64,000 nucleotides of DNA from Iphione sp. A-MEVVRFRX5 (taxonomy: Eukaryota): contig OZ320314.1 in the NCBI GenBank assembly GCA_976226885.1, forward strand, positions 20,956,001 through 21,020,000. The letters run 5' to 3'. Below are positions 47,801 to 60,782 of the stretch, piece after piece. Numbering within the stretch: position 1 is the stretch's first letter; the number at the start of each line of letters is the position of its first letter. The notes under the pieces are model-generated. The model was not told the DNA's origin. It worked only from the letters and a program-made list of their open reading frames with translations, and did no database searches. The position numbers and the translations under genes are program-made.

Positions 47801-50800
47801 CTATACATGTATATGTATATATAGACAATTGTGAACACGCCACACCCAGCCACGTTTTAGCTGCATCATTTCTTGTGTTTATTCTCTCTTGATTTTATCA
47901 TCAGACACGCTGCTGAGCTTAATGCAGGTCTAGGTCAAAGCCCTACACAACAAGCCATCGTTCAGTCCTTCCTCAAGAATTACAACAAGGTGAACACATT
48001 ATTTGACATTTATATTCATTTTGTTTGACGGTTTTGTTTGTTATCAAGACAGTTTACTGGTTGGATTCAGTTCTGTTGTTAAAAATCTGATCGGAAACCT
48101 CTAAATTCTGAAACAGATCCATACCTTCCCCGAGTGTAGTCCTTTCAATGGTACCTCTCATGTTTTCAGGCTATTGAAGCTCTCAACGGGGCCACACGCG
48201 TGAAGCCAGTAGCACCCCTGTTTGTGTTGCTGGGTAAGACACAGATCAAAGCTCGACTATGGAAGGATGCTATCAAGAGTTTCGAGAAAGCACTCGATAT
48301 TGTGGTATGTGTATACAAAAAGTATGTTTATGTAGAGAAGGATGTTTTTTTTTTCATTTGCTGAAGTAGTTCTGTCTAACAGAATTTCCACTGTAACTCC
48401 TACTCTATTCTTACTGATGTTGACTGGGTATATGTACTGTTTGTTAGAAACCATGGCAGAAGAACCAGAGCTGGCCGGCCGAGGCTGCGGAGATGTATTA
48501 CCTGGTTGGTATGTGTCAAGTGGAGGTGCGCGACTACCTGGGTGCACATGATGCCTTTAACAACGCCATTCGTGTCGACTCACGCTACTCTGAGGTAAGG
48601 GGGACTACCAGAATGAGACAGTCTGCCAATGTAAGGATTGGTCTGTCTGTCCGAGAAAGACTACAGCAGAGTTATCACCATTTACCAGAATACTGCTTCC
48701 GTGCTATGTCAGGTACAGTTTATGCAAGGATAGTTCAAGCTTTTTTTCATTTGATCTCACTTCATGCTGGCTTCTCTACCTTGTTGCGTAGGCCTTCTAC
48801 CAGCGTGGTCTTGTACGCATGAAGCTGAAGCAATCCAAGGGCATCCAAGACTTCAACAGGGCCTTGGCACTCAACCCTAAACTCTTCCAGGTAGTGTCCT
48901 CATTCTACGTCATCCAGATACTAATGATTTATGTATTTAGCAATGAGTCTTTACGCTTTGTTTCCCGTCCACCTTTAAGTTTAACCAAGCTGAGTTGTAG
49001 TTCGATCTTGTGAAGCTCTATTTCTCATAAAAAATACTTTTGTTTTCTGTTTTTCTTTGAAGGGTTATCTCAGTCGTGCTGCCTACTACGGCCTGAAAGC
49101 TCGCTACAGTAAAGGTATCCTGAATTGTAATCAAGCCATTAAACTGCAGCCTAACAGTGTTAGGGCCTATCTCTACAGGTAACTAAAACCTTCCCTGCAC
49201 CTGCACATACATGTGTATTCATGTATGATCGCACCCCACAGCTTTTTCACTACTTGCCTCTGCAAATTCCCCATCGTCATGAACTGTTTAATATGTCATT
49301 GCATAAGAACAATATTTTGGCCAAAATTATACATACCAAGCCTATGAAACCTAATGACTACATAAGGTTAATTTTTGGGGGCTTCGATATTGTATACCAC
49401 ATTACAATGACTGTCATTACCAAGCCTGCAAGATAAAAAGGGAAAAGAGGAATGATTAGAAAAATTAGACAACATAGGTTGGAAGGGTACTACAGTAGAA
49501 CTTTTCAACAGCTTGTTTAAAGGATAGAGAAAGAATATAACTTATATTGTCTTTCTCTTGGAGAAACTATTCTATGAAATAATTCACAGTGCATCGTATA
49601 TTGGTTAAAATAATAGAAGTACTTGTAGTAATGAAATATTAACCCAAGTCAAAGGAACACCAGAATATGATAATTACATTGTATTTGATTCAAGGTTCCT
49701 TATTTAAATATATAGGAATGTTGTCTGAATACTGTATCAAATAAATAAAATCCACTTTTTTTACTATAATTTAATTTTCACATAAAAAAGAGTTTCTGGT
49801 AATGAAGAAGGAGTGAAGTCAAATCAAGTATAACTGTCATATGCAATAAAAAAAAATGTGTGGTATGCCTGTTGCATTCAAGGGGCGCCCTCAAGTACCA
49901 CATCAAGGCCTACACACTGGCAATCCGTGACCTCACCAAGGCCGCTAGCATCGACAACACGTGTGCTCTGGCCTATTTCAATAGGGCCGTGTGTTATCAA
50001 GATAGTGGCAACTGGCAGAAGGTAGGAAAACTGCTGTTCTTATGAATATTCCCGACTTCTTGTAATGATTAATTTTCGCATACATTCTCGTACTAGTGCC
50101 TTTCTTATATTTGTGTTACACTGTGCACTTCATGAGAAGAATGTTGCAGAGACACCATCTTTTTCAATGCAAATAGGCACTGCAGGACTACGGCATTGTG
50201 CTGTTGTTAGGCGATCAGCTGCAGCTGAAGGTGCTTATCAACCGAGGCCTGCTGTACTTCAACCACTCTGACTACCGCAATGCCTTGCACGATTTCCTCA
50301 TGGCAGTGAAGGTGAACCCCCAAGACAAGCATGTCCATCACACGCTGGGTCTGTGCTATCACAAGTAGGTATTTTAGAAACCCTCTGATGGTGGTATAAG
50401 GTCATCAGAAAAGACTTAATGTAAATAAAGCTCCTTCAGTGAGCCGTGTTTCATGGAAAATCTTAAAATATCCTGAACAGATCACAAAAGCAATGCATGG
50501 TTCAGCCTGGCAACCCTGAAAATGATTGCAGCTTTCCATGGACTCTGTATTTTTCCAAAATGGGAGTGTCGAGTTGATGTTTGCATTTGTAAGAAACAAA
50601 CTCCTCTTTCAACCAGACTCTGGCAATTGGAGGAAGCAGTGAAAAGCTTCAGTCGTGCGATTGATCTCGACCACTTCTTCCTGGATGCCTACATCGGCCG
50701 CGGTAATGTTTTCATGGACTTCGGTCACACAGTTGGACATATGTTCGCCAAGTAAGAACACTAACAACACGTCGACTCATATTATGAGCTTATGATATCT

Positions 50801-53800
50801 TTTCCTCTGTTTTTACTTTCAAACTACACGATGCAAAGAATCTGTGTAACAAAACTCGTACATCTTTTGATCCCAACCTGTAATGAACAGATCGTTTACT
50901 GGAGAGGATGAATGTTTCGGTGTGCTGTTCCTGGTGTGAAATAATAGGAGCTTTACATTTTTCAAGTAGAACAGGGTTAAATGAACGTATGAACATATGG
51001 GTGATTATGACAATAAAATAGCCGTCGAATCCCGTCGTGGCCTTTGTTACCATGGAGTACCCAAGTAGAGCCATGAAATATCAGTTTAAAGCATTACAGA
51101 GTGAAGTCAACATTGAAATTATCCCCTTGGATATTCTTCATGAAAATTTGGAAATTTAGACACCCATTTGAGAGGGTTAAAATGACAGTGACATAACCTT
51201 CCTATTGAAAAGAAATTTTAGGTTAAAAGTCAATGACATAACTTTTGTCAGTGATTTTTATGACATTGGACCCATTACTATGGCAGTATCATATATTCAA
51301 AATATAAAAAAAGTTTAAAAAATCAAAATGTTCCATACTAATCAAAATGTTGATATACACTGTACCACTTTTGCTTGTACTGCACAAAAGGTCCATGTCA
51401 GAAGGCTTTTAGACTTTATGACAGAGAAGCGTCCAGATATTTACCTAGGAATGACACATACTCCCATATATTTGAAACCACCTTAGTAACACCAATCCCG
51501 TGATGTTCGGTTTCGTACTAATGCTTTTTTACGTTTCTGCTGTCCTTAGTCTTCCCATCAATCATCACTGCATTTTGCAGATCATGCATCGTTTAAGTAG
51601 GATAAATCAAGCACATCCATCTGAATATCTTGGGCTGCAGCCCACCAAGAAGTCAAACAAAAAATCTCCCTTAAAATGAATATGTGTCTGCGCTATTCTC
51701 TATGCTTCCAGACGGGATTATGAGAGGGCGCTACGCCTCGATCCCTGCTGCTTGGAGGCCCGTGTGAACCTAGGTTATAACCTGCAGGTGGCAGGTCGCT
51801 ACCAACTGGCTTGGCACCAGTTCTCAGCGGCCATCAACATCAATCCTCGTGAGTGTTGACAGAAGCATCTCATTACTTTTGTTGGAAACTGATATTTTGT
51901 CTAATTAGGATCAAATGCATGCACAGCATTGTTTGGTTTTCATTCTGGTACAGAATTGGAGCAGCTGTTTGGTTTTATGCATTTACGTGCATATTTAGTA
52001 CCCTTCCCTTATGATGTTAGACAATCCTGTAGCCAATGAAGCAAATACGATGATGTGACGATGGATATTTCTGAGTTAATGACATATCGCGATAGTGTAT
52101 TCTGTTTTAGAATCAAGCCAAGTTTTAACTAAAGTCAAGAATTTAGTTTTAGTTACCATAGCCATTTTCTGCCGCTGGGATTCACGTTGACTCTTATTTA
52201 TGTGCAAGGTTTCAAACCCGCCCTGGAGGGTCGTGCGATCATCAATCTCCAGATGAGTAATACTTTTGCTGCCTTCCAAGACATCCACGCCTCTGTATGC
52301 GTGGCGCCATCTGCTGAGCTGCTCACAAACCGTGGTGTTGTTCATCAGGTGAGTGGCACGTTTCTAGGTTTGGAATATAAACTTTGGTTAAGCAAAACGT
52401 TTTGAGCTTAAAACCATGCACCCCACCTCCCTGCCCGACTGTAGCCATGTTCCCACTTCCTGCCTGACTATAGTCATGTTCCCCCTTCCTGCCTTCTTGC
52501 CTGACTGTAGTCATGTTCCCCCTTCCTTCCTGACTGTAGTCATGTTCCTCCTTCCTGGCTGACTACAGTCATGTTCCCCCTTCCTTCCTGACTATAGCCA
52601 TGTTCCCCCTTCCTGCCTGAGTACAGGCATGTCCCCCCTTCCTGGCTGATTGTAGCCACACAACCCCCTTCGCAGACATTATGTAACAGGAGGGATGCCC
52701 CCCAACCTTGGGTGAGCTTTCCATCATTCCGTGGAGCGACTGTGACCACAACTCTTTATCCCCCTGTCAACCCACCCCTCACCTTCTTTAACTACCAGAT
52801 ACCCTTTCATACTGCCTACGGTTGAGCACAACCCTTAGGTCCACCAGGAATACCGAGTAGGTGATGTGAGGAATACAAAAGGTCGGTTCAGCCATCTGCC
52901 ACATTCCAGGCACACGTTTATACCAACTTTAAATAGTGGAGAGCAGGCAACTCTTTGACTGTAACGAGAGCCTGCTTTCCACTGAAGATACCTTCACTAA
53001 TACAGTCAACTCTCATTTAAAGACCAGATCACATGGGAGACCAGACAGCAACAGAAACCAGACTTTGATAGTATCAACCTCTCTACCCAGGTGTAGTCCT
53101 CCAAGACAAAGTTGATTGTATTATCTTTTTTTTCCTTTTTGCCATCCCCTTAAAAATAAAAAGGGTATTTTCACTGAAATATAGCTACAGATAAACGCAA
53201 AGAATCCCACAACTGTGTTTCCTGAATTTTTTGGGGGTATGCAAACCGCAGTTCCCTTTATTTCAGCAACCTTGCGGATTATTAACCCTATTTGTTTATG
53301 TGTAAACTCAACGTTTTCATATATATGCATATGAATACCTTACATTTGTAGTTCATGAACGATCGTGTTAACGCCATGCGGGACTACCAGGAGGCACTCA
53401 AGCTGGACCCGACCTACGCACTGGCCTACTTTAACGCTGCCAACGTCTACTTCCACACCCGCCAGTTCAAGCAGGCGCTCGCCTACTACAGCCAGGCTAT
53501 CACCTACAACGCCAAGGATGAGTCCGCCCTCCTCAACAGGGCCATCACTAAGGTGAGGCTGGTGTGCCTTTTTTTTCAAAACTTTTATTTAACCTGGGCT
53601 GAATGATACATGAAAATGTATATGTAGACCAGGATCATTGCCAATGATCAGAAAATGAAACGAGATGAAATGAGATGATTGTGTGTATGAAATCCAGCCT
53701 GACTTTTCTCCATCTGCTAATTTAGAAGAAAATAAAGAAATTTTATTGATCTTGTTATAAGAAAGTAGACAAACCGTAGAACCTCCAAAGAGTTAATATT

Positions 53801-54603
53801 CTAATTTCTCGTCACGTTATCCGTATTTGGTCAGATGGATGGAGTTAGCGCCATCGATAGTGTGTTGAAAGTTGTTGCAGACTTGATGCAGAATTCAGTA
53901 GATTTATGCAATATATGTTAATTTATGTTTACATCTTATGCATTCTTCTACACTGTGGTAAAATACAATCCTAATCCACGCAGGTATTGCTGCGGGATGC
54001 CCAGGGAGCGCTGGCTGACTTTGAGAAGGCAATCAAGTTGAGTCCTCACGCAGCCCACGTCTACTTCAACCGCGGGAACCTACATGCCTCCCTGCAGTCG
54101 TGGGAGAAGGCCGAGTCTGACTACTCCAAGTGTAAGTACCACATGCATAGATGAACATCATTTGTGAGTTGTGAGTTTTTGGGTTGGTAATCTCACAGTA
54201 CTAAAAGCATTTAGCAGCTTACAGTAGGCCACTTAGATATAGATGCATGTAGAGTTAACACCGACTTAAAAGGCCAAATCGCAGGGGAGACCAACCCGGA
54301 GGGAGACCCAAATCCTCCAGTCCCAAGGATGGCCCCCTACGTGATTTTCGACTGAATATGTGTATACCTGATGGGCTTTGTTTAATACATAGCCTCTGTC
54401 GGAGAATGTTCTCTAGACCTCTCTTTATTTTCCCTGCAGCACTGTCCCTTCAGCCAGATGACCCCCTGGTATTAAGGCGGAGAGCCGACGTTCGTGGGAA
54501 GTTGGGACTGAAGGATGTCGCTATCCAGGACTACCAACGTGCCATTGAGCTGCACAGTGCCAAGATACAGGTGGTCCCTGCCCCAGCTCAAGCAGCCTGT
54601 TAA
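42681..54603 (+). CDS. TTC6: TTC6 tetratricopeptide-repeat half, 22 exons, ~1,000 aa
   Basis: Exons 42681-42779, 42894-43078, 43205-43325, 43521-43627, 44029-44226, 44621-44734, 46322-46529, 46884-46958, 47073-47125, 47905-47989, 48170-48304, 48448-48594, 48792-48890, 49063-49178, 49883-50021, 50177-50364, 50617-50751, 51712-51848, 52209-52348, 53352-53552, 53984-54131, 54440-54603, all GT-AG and phase-consistent. Continuous TPRs; AFYQRG..DFNRAL, YLSRAAYYGLKARYSKGILNCNQAIK, FLDAYIGRGN, AELLTNRGVVHQFM and LAYFNAANVYFH match recalled TTC6 in order. Confidence 0.95.
44793..44869. repeat. (CT)n microsatellite
   Basis: ~38 perfect CT units. Confidence 0.98.
45885..46214 (-). mobile_element. tRNA-derived SINE
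   Basis: Minus-strand head GGGGAGTTAGCTCAGTGGTAGAAC...GGTTCAATCC carries a Pol III A box (TAGCTCAGTGG) and B box (GGTTCAATCC), followed by ~250 bp of non-tRNA body shared with 14085-14429 and 29320-29405. Confidence 0.8.
46598..46805 (+). mobile_element. 208-bp mini-DIRS: left LTR joined to right LTR and extension; no ORFs, no ICR
   Basis: 5' part matches 36292-36402, 3' part matches 41902-42002. Confidence 0.92.
47357..47449 (+). mobile_element. DIRS left-terminus relic
   Basis: ctttagtactagaggtggacactaggtgtctacctgaaatatagtccaggtg...caatacccgtagccactttta. Confidence 0.8.
52435..52658. repeat. ~29-bp minisatellite, about 8 copies, in a TTC6 intron
   Basis: Unit ctgact(g/a)tagtcatgttcccccttcct(g/t)c repeated with variation. 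Confidence 0.9.
53003..53118. mobile_element. Possible pogo/Tigger-type (Tc1/mariner) MITE
   Basis: TA|CAGTCAACTCTC ... CAAAGTTGATTG|TA; 9/12 TIR match with TA flanks on both sides. Confidence 0.5.
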
Positions 54604-56602
54604 ACAGGAGCCTTGGAAGAGAAACTAGGTCATTCAGTATTATTCCACTATCAACAATGCTACATAGTAACGTACTGGAAGTGAGACTTCACTCATAAAT
54701 TTATCTAATGAAAAGCTGTTGTTTAAATAGTACACCGATGAGATAAAAGAGCTGTATTCAAAGGAGGATATAGCGTAGTTTTCAAGTTTCCCATAGTGCT
54801 ATAGATATAAGGAAACTACGTTTTTCCTAACTGTGGTATTTGAAATATCTATGAACACTTTAATGTTTATGTATATATACGTGTTTTTATCATATGCCAA
54901 GGGCATTAATGCATAAACTCAACATGTTTGAAGGACAGTTTTCCCTCAGAACAAGTGTCAAAGTAGTCTGCTGTAGTATTATCGCTACAGCTTTATATAT
55001 ATCGTCACATTTAGAACTACACGCGGACATCTGTTCAGTGTGAAGAACCCGCTTTATTTTCAGTGATACATTTCTTTCATTTTTGTGTATTTGTACATAA
55101 ATACTGTTGACAAACGAGACTCAATTGGTCTTTTTTCAACTTATTTCAATGCATTGATGCACCGTCCCTATCACTGATCCGCTCATGCTGGCGATTTTTT
55201 CAGAGCTAGTCCATGTAAAACATAAAACCTGTGTATTACTGAGTTGTGCCCAACAATGTAGGAACATTAAAGAATAGTGACCGAAAAAAATTATAAAACA
55301 ACTTATACTGTACACATCTTGAAGGAGAGATAAAACTCGTGGATAAAATGAATAAATTTTATTGATTTTATTGACATGGCTCGGTCGATATTTAATGTCT
55401 GCACATGTTATATTTCATTCAAGATCCATAATGCCCTCCCCGCCTCCCCTTTCAGTCATCAAATCAAGTGCGACTTTGTGTGTCGGACTGGATGATTTGC
55501 GCCATTAGCAGCTTGCACCATCACTGACTCGCTCCAACTCAGATGATCATAACTTGGCTTTTAGCGACTGAAATTAGTTCTTCACTTAATTCCCACAACT
55601 GTTTTCCCAGGATCTAATGAACTCTGACATAGATCCGTCAAGCTTTCCAGAAGTCATAAGAGAATACAGCTCCGAATTGGTGGGACATCGATCGGCATGA
55701 GTTTTCGCAGACTGCATGACACCACGGGCAGAGTGTGGTCTGTGACAACTAGTGCCGATCAATGTCCCTGCCACTTAGGGGCTCTGTTCTCTTAATTTAT
55801 TCAACATATATTTACTTATAAACTCCATTCAAACATACCTGTTTCAAGTGATTTCTAGTCGACTACTCATGCTTTTTGATTAGCACACGACATGTTTGCT
55901 TAGAGCATTATCTTGAATGAGTATACTGCACATGTGTGACCCAATAAATAACCTGTTTACTTCCACCATATGGCGAGTATCACACTATAAACATGAACTC
56001 TTCACATAAAATGAAATATACATCAAATTGGTATCCAGACAAGTCAGGAAGATCCAATACTACTAAAATTAAGATAGTGCTGTTTTAGTTCCACTAAAAA
56101 CGATCTATTCTGCCTATATTTCTATGTGCAAAGGTCGAATCGACACTCAGCCATTTTGTTTTGATAAGAATGTAATGAAATATATAACCTCTTGAACTGT
56201 TTGGTATACACTTCAGAAAGGCATACTGTGTGGTACATGACCGCAAAATCAGCCAAGGTGGGGTGGTAATTAGTGAAGTGTGCCACATGAGCGTGGAATA
56301 AAGTACACGTACACATTTAGAACAGCCAGAGACAGATCACTGCCTGTCATCATTATTGAATGAATTACCTGGATAGAATATTAATCCTGCTACCAAGAGC
56401 TCGACCATGCTCGCTAAGTCCATGCTTGTCAGAATGAATTAATAGCAAAATAAATGGGAAAAATAACCAATACAGTACCTGAAGATGCCTCCCCAACATA
56501 AAATAAATCGGATACACCGAAATAAGTACGTAAATAACAGGAAACGGAAAGAAATAGCACAGTGACTGGGGGGCACATCTAACCCTGACGACTATGGAAT
56601 CC

Positions 56603-56669
56603 AGTGACTACGGGTATTGCTGTTTGCAGAGGTGACACCTGGACCACATCTCAGGCAGACACCTAGTGT
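56603..56669 (-). mobile_element. DIRS left-terminus relic, reverse orientation, lacking the extreme end
   Basis: Reverse complement acactaggtgtctgcctgagatgtggtccaggtg...caatacccgtagtcact. Confidence 0.7.
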
Positions 56670-56959
56670 AAATTTGCCAGTCTTGTATTTATCCTGCACT
56701 GCTATAAGAGCTTCAATGTCCGTGTCATTTCACGTAGCTTCTTACAAGTTATGAGCATCCTGTAAGTTATGGGCAAGCTGTATTTTAGCTCTCCGGCATG
56801 TTTTCTTGATTCCAAAATGTCATCTTCACAAAGGTCTATCTAAGGATTATATTCTAAAGTTCTGAAAATTTTAGCCATTCTACAGATGTTTTTAATTTGG
56901 TGACACATATTTGAGGTTAGGTGTATCTATCGTGCTCTACAGCCATACTCTACGTGCCA

Positions 56960-57120
56960 ATGAGGGGATCGGTGGGCGAATGAGGACAACGTTACTACAC
57001 TTAGGTTAACATTTTTTCCAGACAATGTCTAGAAATACAGCAATTTCATTGGTGGATTTCTTATTATGACATCACAAATTGTAAAAAAAAAATGATCAAA
57101 GTGACAGTGTCTGACGATTC
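56960..57120 (+). repeat. Dispersed repeat shared with 12380-12545
   Basis: See 12380-12545. Confidence 0.7.
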
Positions 57121-57495
57121 CTTCATTGGATCCCCAGTGGACCTATAAATCTGTTTGAGACTTAAGTAGACAAAAAAGCCTTCACAACCTTGCACTCGAG
57201 CCTTGAAAACCTAATTGTATTCCCCCCCCCCCTCCCAATTCCCGCCACCAGCCTTGATCCGGACGGGGTGACAGCAGGCTACAGCCCGGGGGTCGGGGAT
57301 GGGGGTGGGCAGTGTACCTCCCTCCAGCGAGGGCAGGGCGGTTAGAGTGCACTGGACGTAGTTCGTAGTCACCTCTAGATTAAAATAGATATTTCTTCAT
57401 CATCTCAAGCAGACCTTGACACAAGTGCATCACTGTACATCCATATTCTATAACAACCCGTGCTTAAAAGAGTCCACTTGCTCTGTAAGCACGTG

Positions 57496-58160
57496 TCACA
57501 ACTCTGAACGACTCCCTGATAGCCGAGGCCCCTTCCTCTTTTCTTTGCGCTGCTTTCTTTGTTGTTTTTTCAATTCCTGCCGAGCATGTTCAGCAAGATC
57601 ATCTTTAAGCTTCTTGCTTCTCTGAAATAAGTACAAGACCGCTATCTAAATAGAGTCTAAACGTAATGAGGGTACTTAAAAATTTACGATCCAATGAATA
57701 TGACCAATTTAAGAAACAAGTTTTTACTTCCTTTCTTCCAAAGTTAAAAAGTGTAATCAATATTGGAAGTATTTCTTCTTAATGGTATACATCAGAATGA
57801 TTTAATATACGTATATATTAGAGGGACTCCCCCTTTACTCAGCTAGGAGTCCAGCAACTTGTAATGAATAAAAGATTATGATTTCATTTTACCTGTTTAT
57901 GTTCCTCTTTGTATGGGTTAATGTAATTTTCATCTGCCTCTATTATTCCAAGTTCTTGAGACATCTGACGATTTAAACAGTTACAGCAATCAGTTATATA
58001 AAGGTGAGTGCCTTAATGCACGTTGACTGTCAAGTTGCAATAATCTACATAGGGACAAGGAAGAGGCCAATCAGCCAATCAATCAAGTAATTAGTTCCGC
58101 CTAGGTGAGCAGACTATGACATAGCTTCATGCATTAATATCTGCAAACTGACTCTGTGTT

Positions 58161-58195
<35 letters not shown>

Positions 58196-60515
58196 CTGAT
58201 TAAGCGTGCATCTACATATTAACACAAATTTGACCTATTGACTACTTGGAATTATACCAAAATTGGACAGTCGCCAGAATCCACATGGAGAAACAAAGAA
58301 GATAAACATACAAGATCATGACAGAAGGGACAGCAGTATTCCTAGAGTCCCCCCTATCAGGTGGGGGAACAAAAAGGAAAACTGAAGTATGAGCTTATGC
58401 TGTTGAAGTAGAAGACACATGTGAAGAAACATACCAAGTTAAGCAGGTCTTTCTCCTTTGGCTCAAGCACATCAGAAATATTGCAGAATCCAACACTCCA
58501 TTGGATAGTGATGTCCCAGTCACGCTTCCGCTTCATAATATCATGAACAATATCTGGCAGACGCAGAATGATATTTCCAAAGAAAGCAGTATTTTCAATC
58601 ACGTTTGAGAAGGCTGAAACGAAAAAAAGACGGGCACTGGTGTAGATGACGCACTATTGGCAATGAATGGATGTCATTTTAATCAGTTCCGTAGTATCCC
58701 TAGTAATCTGATCAGCCTCTGGGACAGAAACAGATAATGTATATGTGTTATATATCAAAATAGTCATTCATATTTTCATATATTTTCTCTGAAACTGGAA
58801 TACAGCTTCACTTTCCTTGTTCGGTATTTCTCTATTATTTCATTAACACTTAGAAGAGGAAAACTGAATTAACGAACACAAACCATCCCGAACGGTTTCG
58901 TCAGAAGGAAAAGGATCACCAGGAACAAATCCTGCAGACATGAGTTTTACTTGTGAATCAGTCAAAACCTGGAAAATATCAAGATTATTGTCGTCCAAGG
59001 CTCATTCCATTTTAAGGTAAAATAATTCATCTTTTCATTAAAGAATCCCCTGTAGATGCTACACTGTGAGTGAAGTCAGCTTTCATCATAACTGCCGTTG
59101 CTATGGCTATGGGGTAGATAAAAGGGTCATAACCCTGGCCCCGACTGACTCAGCGTTCTCCCTGAGTGTATTTTGTCTTTTCACATACCAATACATATGC
59201 TCTTGGAAGGTCCTCACTTCAGGACCTTCATATCATTCTACTGTTCTTGTAGCCTCCAACTGAGGCAGAGATAAACACTTAACAGGGAAATGATATAACA
59301 GACCCCCCCCCCCACACTCTCCTTCAAAAATCAATCCACATCAAAGAAAACTTGGTAGAGACTCTGATGGCGGTCTTCCACTGACAACTGAATGACTTGA
59401 AACCTTGCAAGCAAAACCNNNNNNNNNNNNNNNNNNNNNNNNNNNNNNNNNNNNNNNNNNNNNNNNNNNNNNNNNNNNNNNNNNNNNNNNNNNNNNNNNN
59501 NNNNNNNNNNNNNNNNNNNNNNNNNNNNNNNNNNNNNNNNNNNNNNNNNNNNNNNNNNNNNNNNNNNNNNNNNNATGAACAGGGAGAGGGGTGGGGGGTT
59601 GGATTTAAATGCCCACACTGTGTTATTACAGAAAGTAACAAATTCGTTTCTTTCAGTTAAACTAGAACCGAATGAAAATGTGACCTATGAGTCTGAATGC
59701 TATTTTTTTTTTGGGGGGGGGAGAAAAATATTAGTGTGGGCACCTAGCAAAGCTTCCATAATTGTAACTATAATCAACGTTTACCAAATGAAGGCTAATC
59801 AAGGGTGCGAAATGAACAATGTATGTTTACCATAGGTAATATACCGCATTTGGACAAGGAGCTGCATCAGAAGTCTGGCTAGTTATTCTTAGTAGGCCAG
59901 AGGGAGGTTGAATTCTTGAAATCCAGTACAGATATATATACATGTATCTCTTAACGAAGAAGATATGTTTAAAGAGGTCAAAGAACCACATTTTACCATG
60001 GGACACCCTCACGTTGGATCTGAAATGACCTTTTTTGTACTGTAAAGTGTGAATTCATTATTGAGAGGCTTCGGATTCAAGGGGATTCATTAAGAGAGGT
60101 ATACCTGTACCGATTATCTATGTTAAAATAGTAAACAGGGAATAAAAGGTTGCAGATGATGTGCCGACAGCAGAGAGAGGGGCCAGGAGGCAGTTAATTA
60201 CTTTAATATGTGTGAGGTAGTTATCACTGATGACAAACCATCATCAAACCAGTTAAAAATAAAAAATACTCTATATAAATTTGTGGCTGCTGGTCAATGA
60301 GTTTTCAAGATATGCAAAATCTTTGGATACAACTGCAGAGGAGAAAAGAACATCCGTATAATCCTATTAATGGACTTAATGGAGTGCATCTACCTTGAAT
60401 AATCTTTCCAACAACAATGTTATCATTTTGTGCTGCTTTTCATAGTCACCCAACTTCACAATTGTTTCTACGGCTTCCAGGTGAGCTGCACGCTTGTGGC
60501 GAAACATCTTCTGGT
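57496..60515 (-). CDS. CCDC134: Coiled-coil domain-containing protein 134; exons 60515-60394, 58968-58884, 58613-58435, 57964-57893, 57621-57496; first (signal-peptide) exon not located
   Basis: QKMFRHKR...LFK | VLTDS...GDPFPSDE | AFSNVIENTAFFGNIILRLP...W...IQWSVGFCN | MSQELG...NPY | ...RKGPRLSGSRSEL* matches recalled CCDC134 (YKKMFEVKR, VENTAFFGD, MAQELG, RKGPRISRSQSEL). Phases consistent. Confidence 0.93.
58161..58194. repeat. Compound (TG)n(AG)n microsatellite
   Basis: tgtgtg...tgagagagagagag. Confidence 0.9.
59419..59574. other. Assembly gap (156 N)
   Basis: Run of N characters. Confidence 1.
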
Positions 60516-60782
60516 CTGTTTTGAAGGAGTTAAAGATTCAATAACTGTAATTCAAAAGTACAGGTATACTGGTATCGCGTCTGCAATGTCATTAAAAAAG
60601 ACCATTTCTATACGGAGAGGCTAATTCTACCAGAGTGTGACAAGAAAAGTCTAAGTATGAAATGATCTCTCACTATTATATCAGTTTTTTTCCTCCCTAA
60701 GCCAATCACATGCCTCTTGAACAAATCTACGAATATAAAGACTACTTTCTCCTGAACAAAATTAATCTCCCTAAAGACTATG

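Noticed and set aside
59331-59418. Coding-like stretch beside the second gap (VLLARFQVIQLSVEDRHQSLYQVFFD)
   Set aside because: Not needed for the CCDC134 model, whose flanking exons join in phase; too short and gap-truncated to call.
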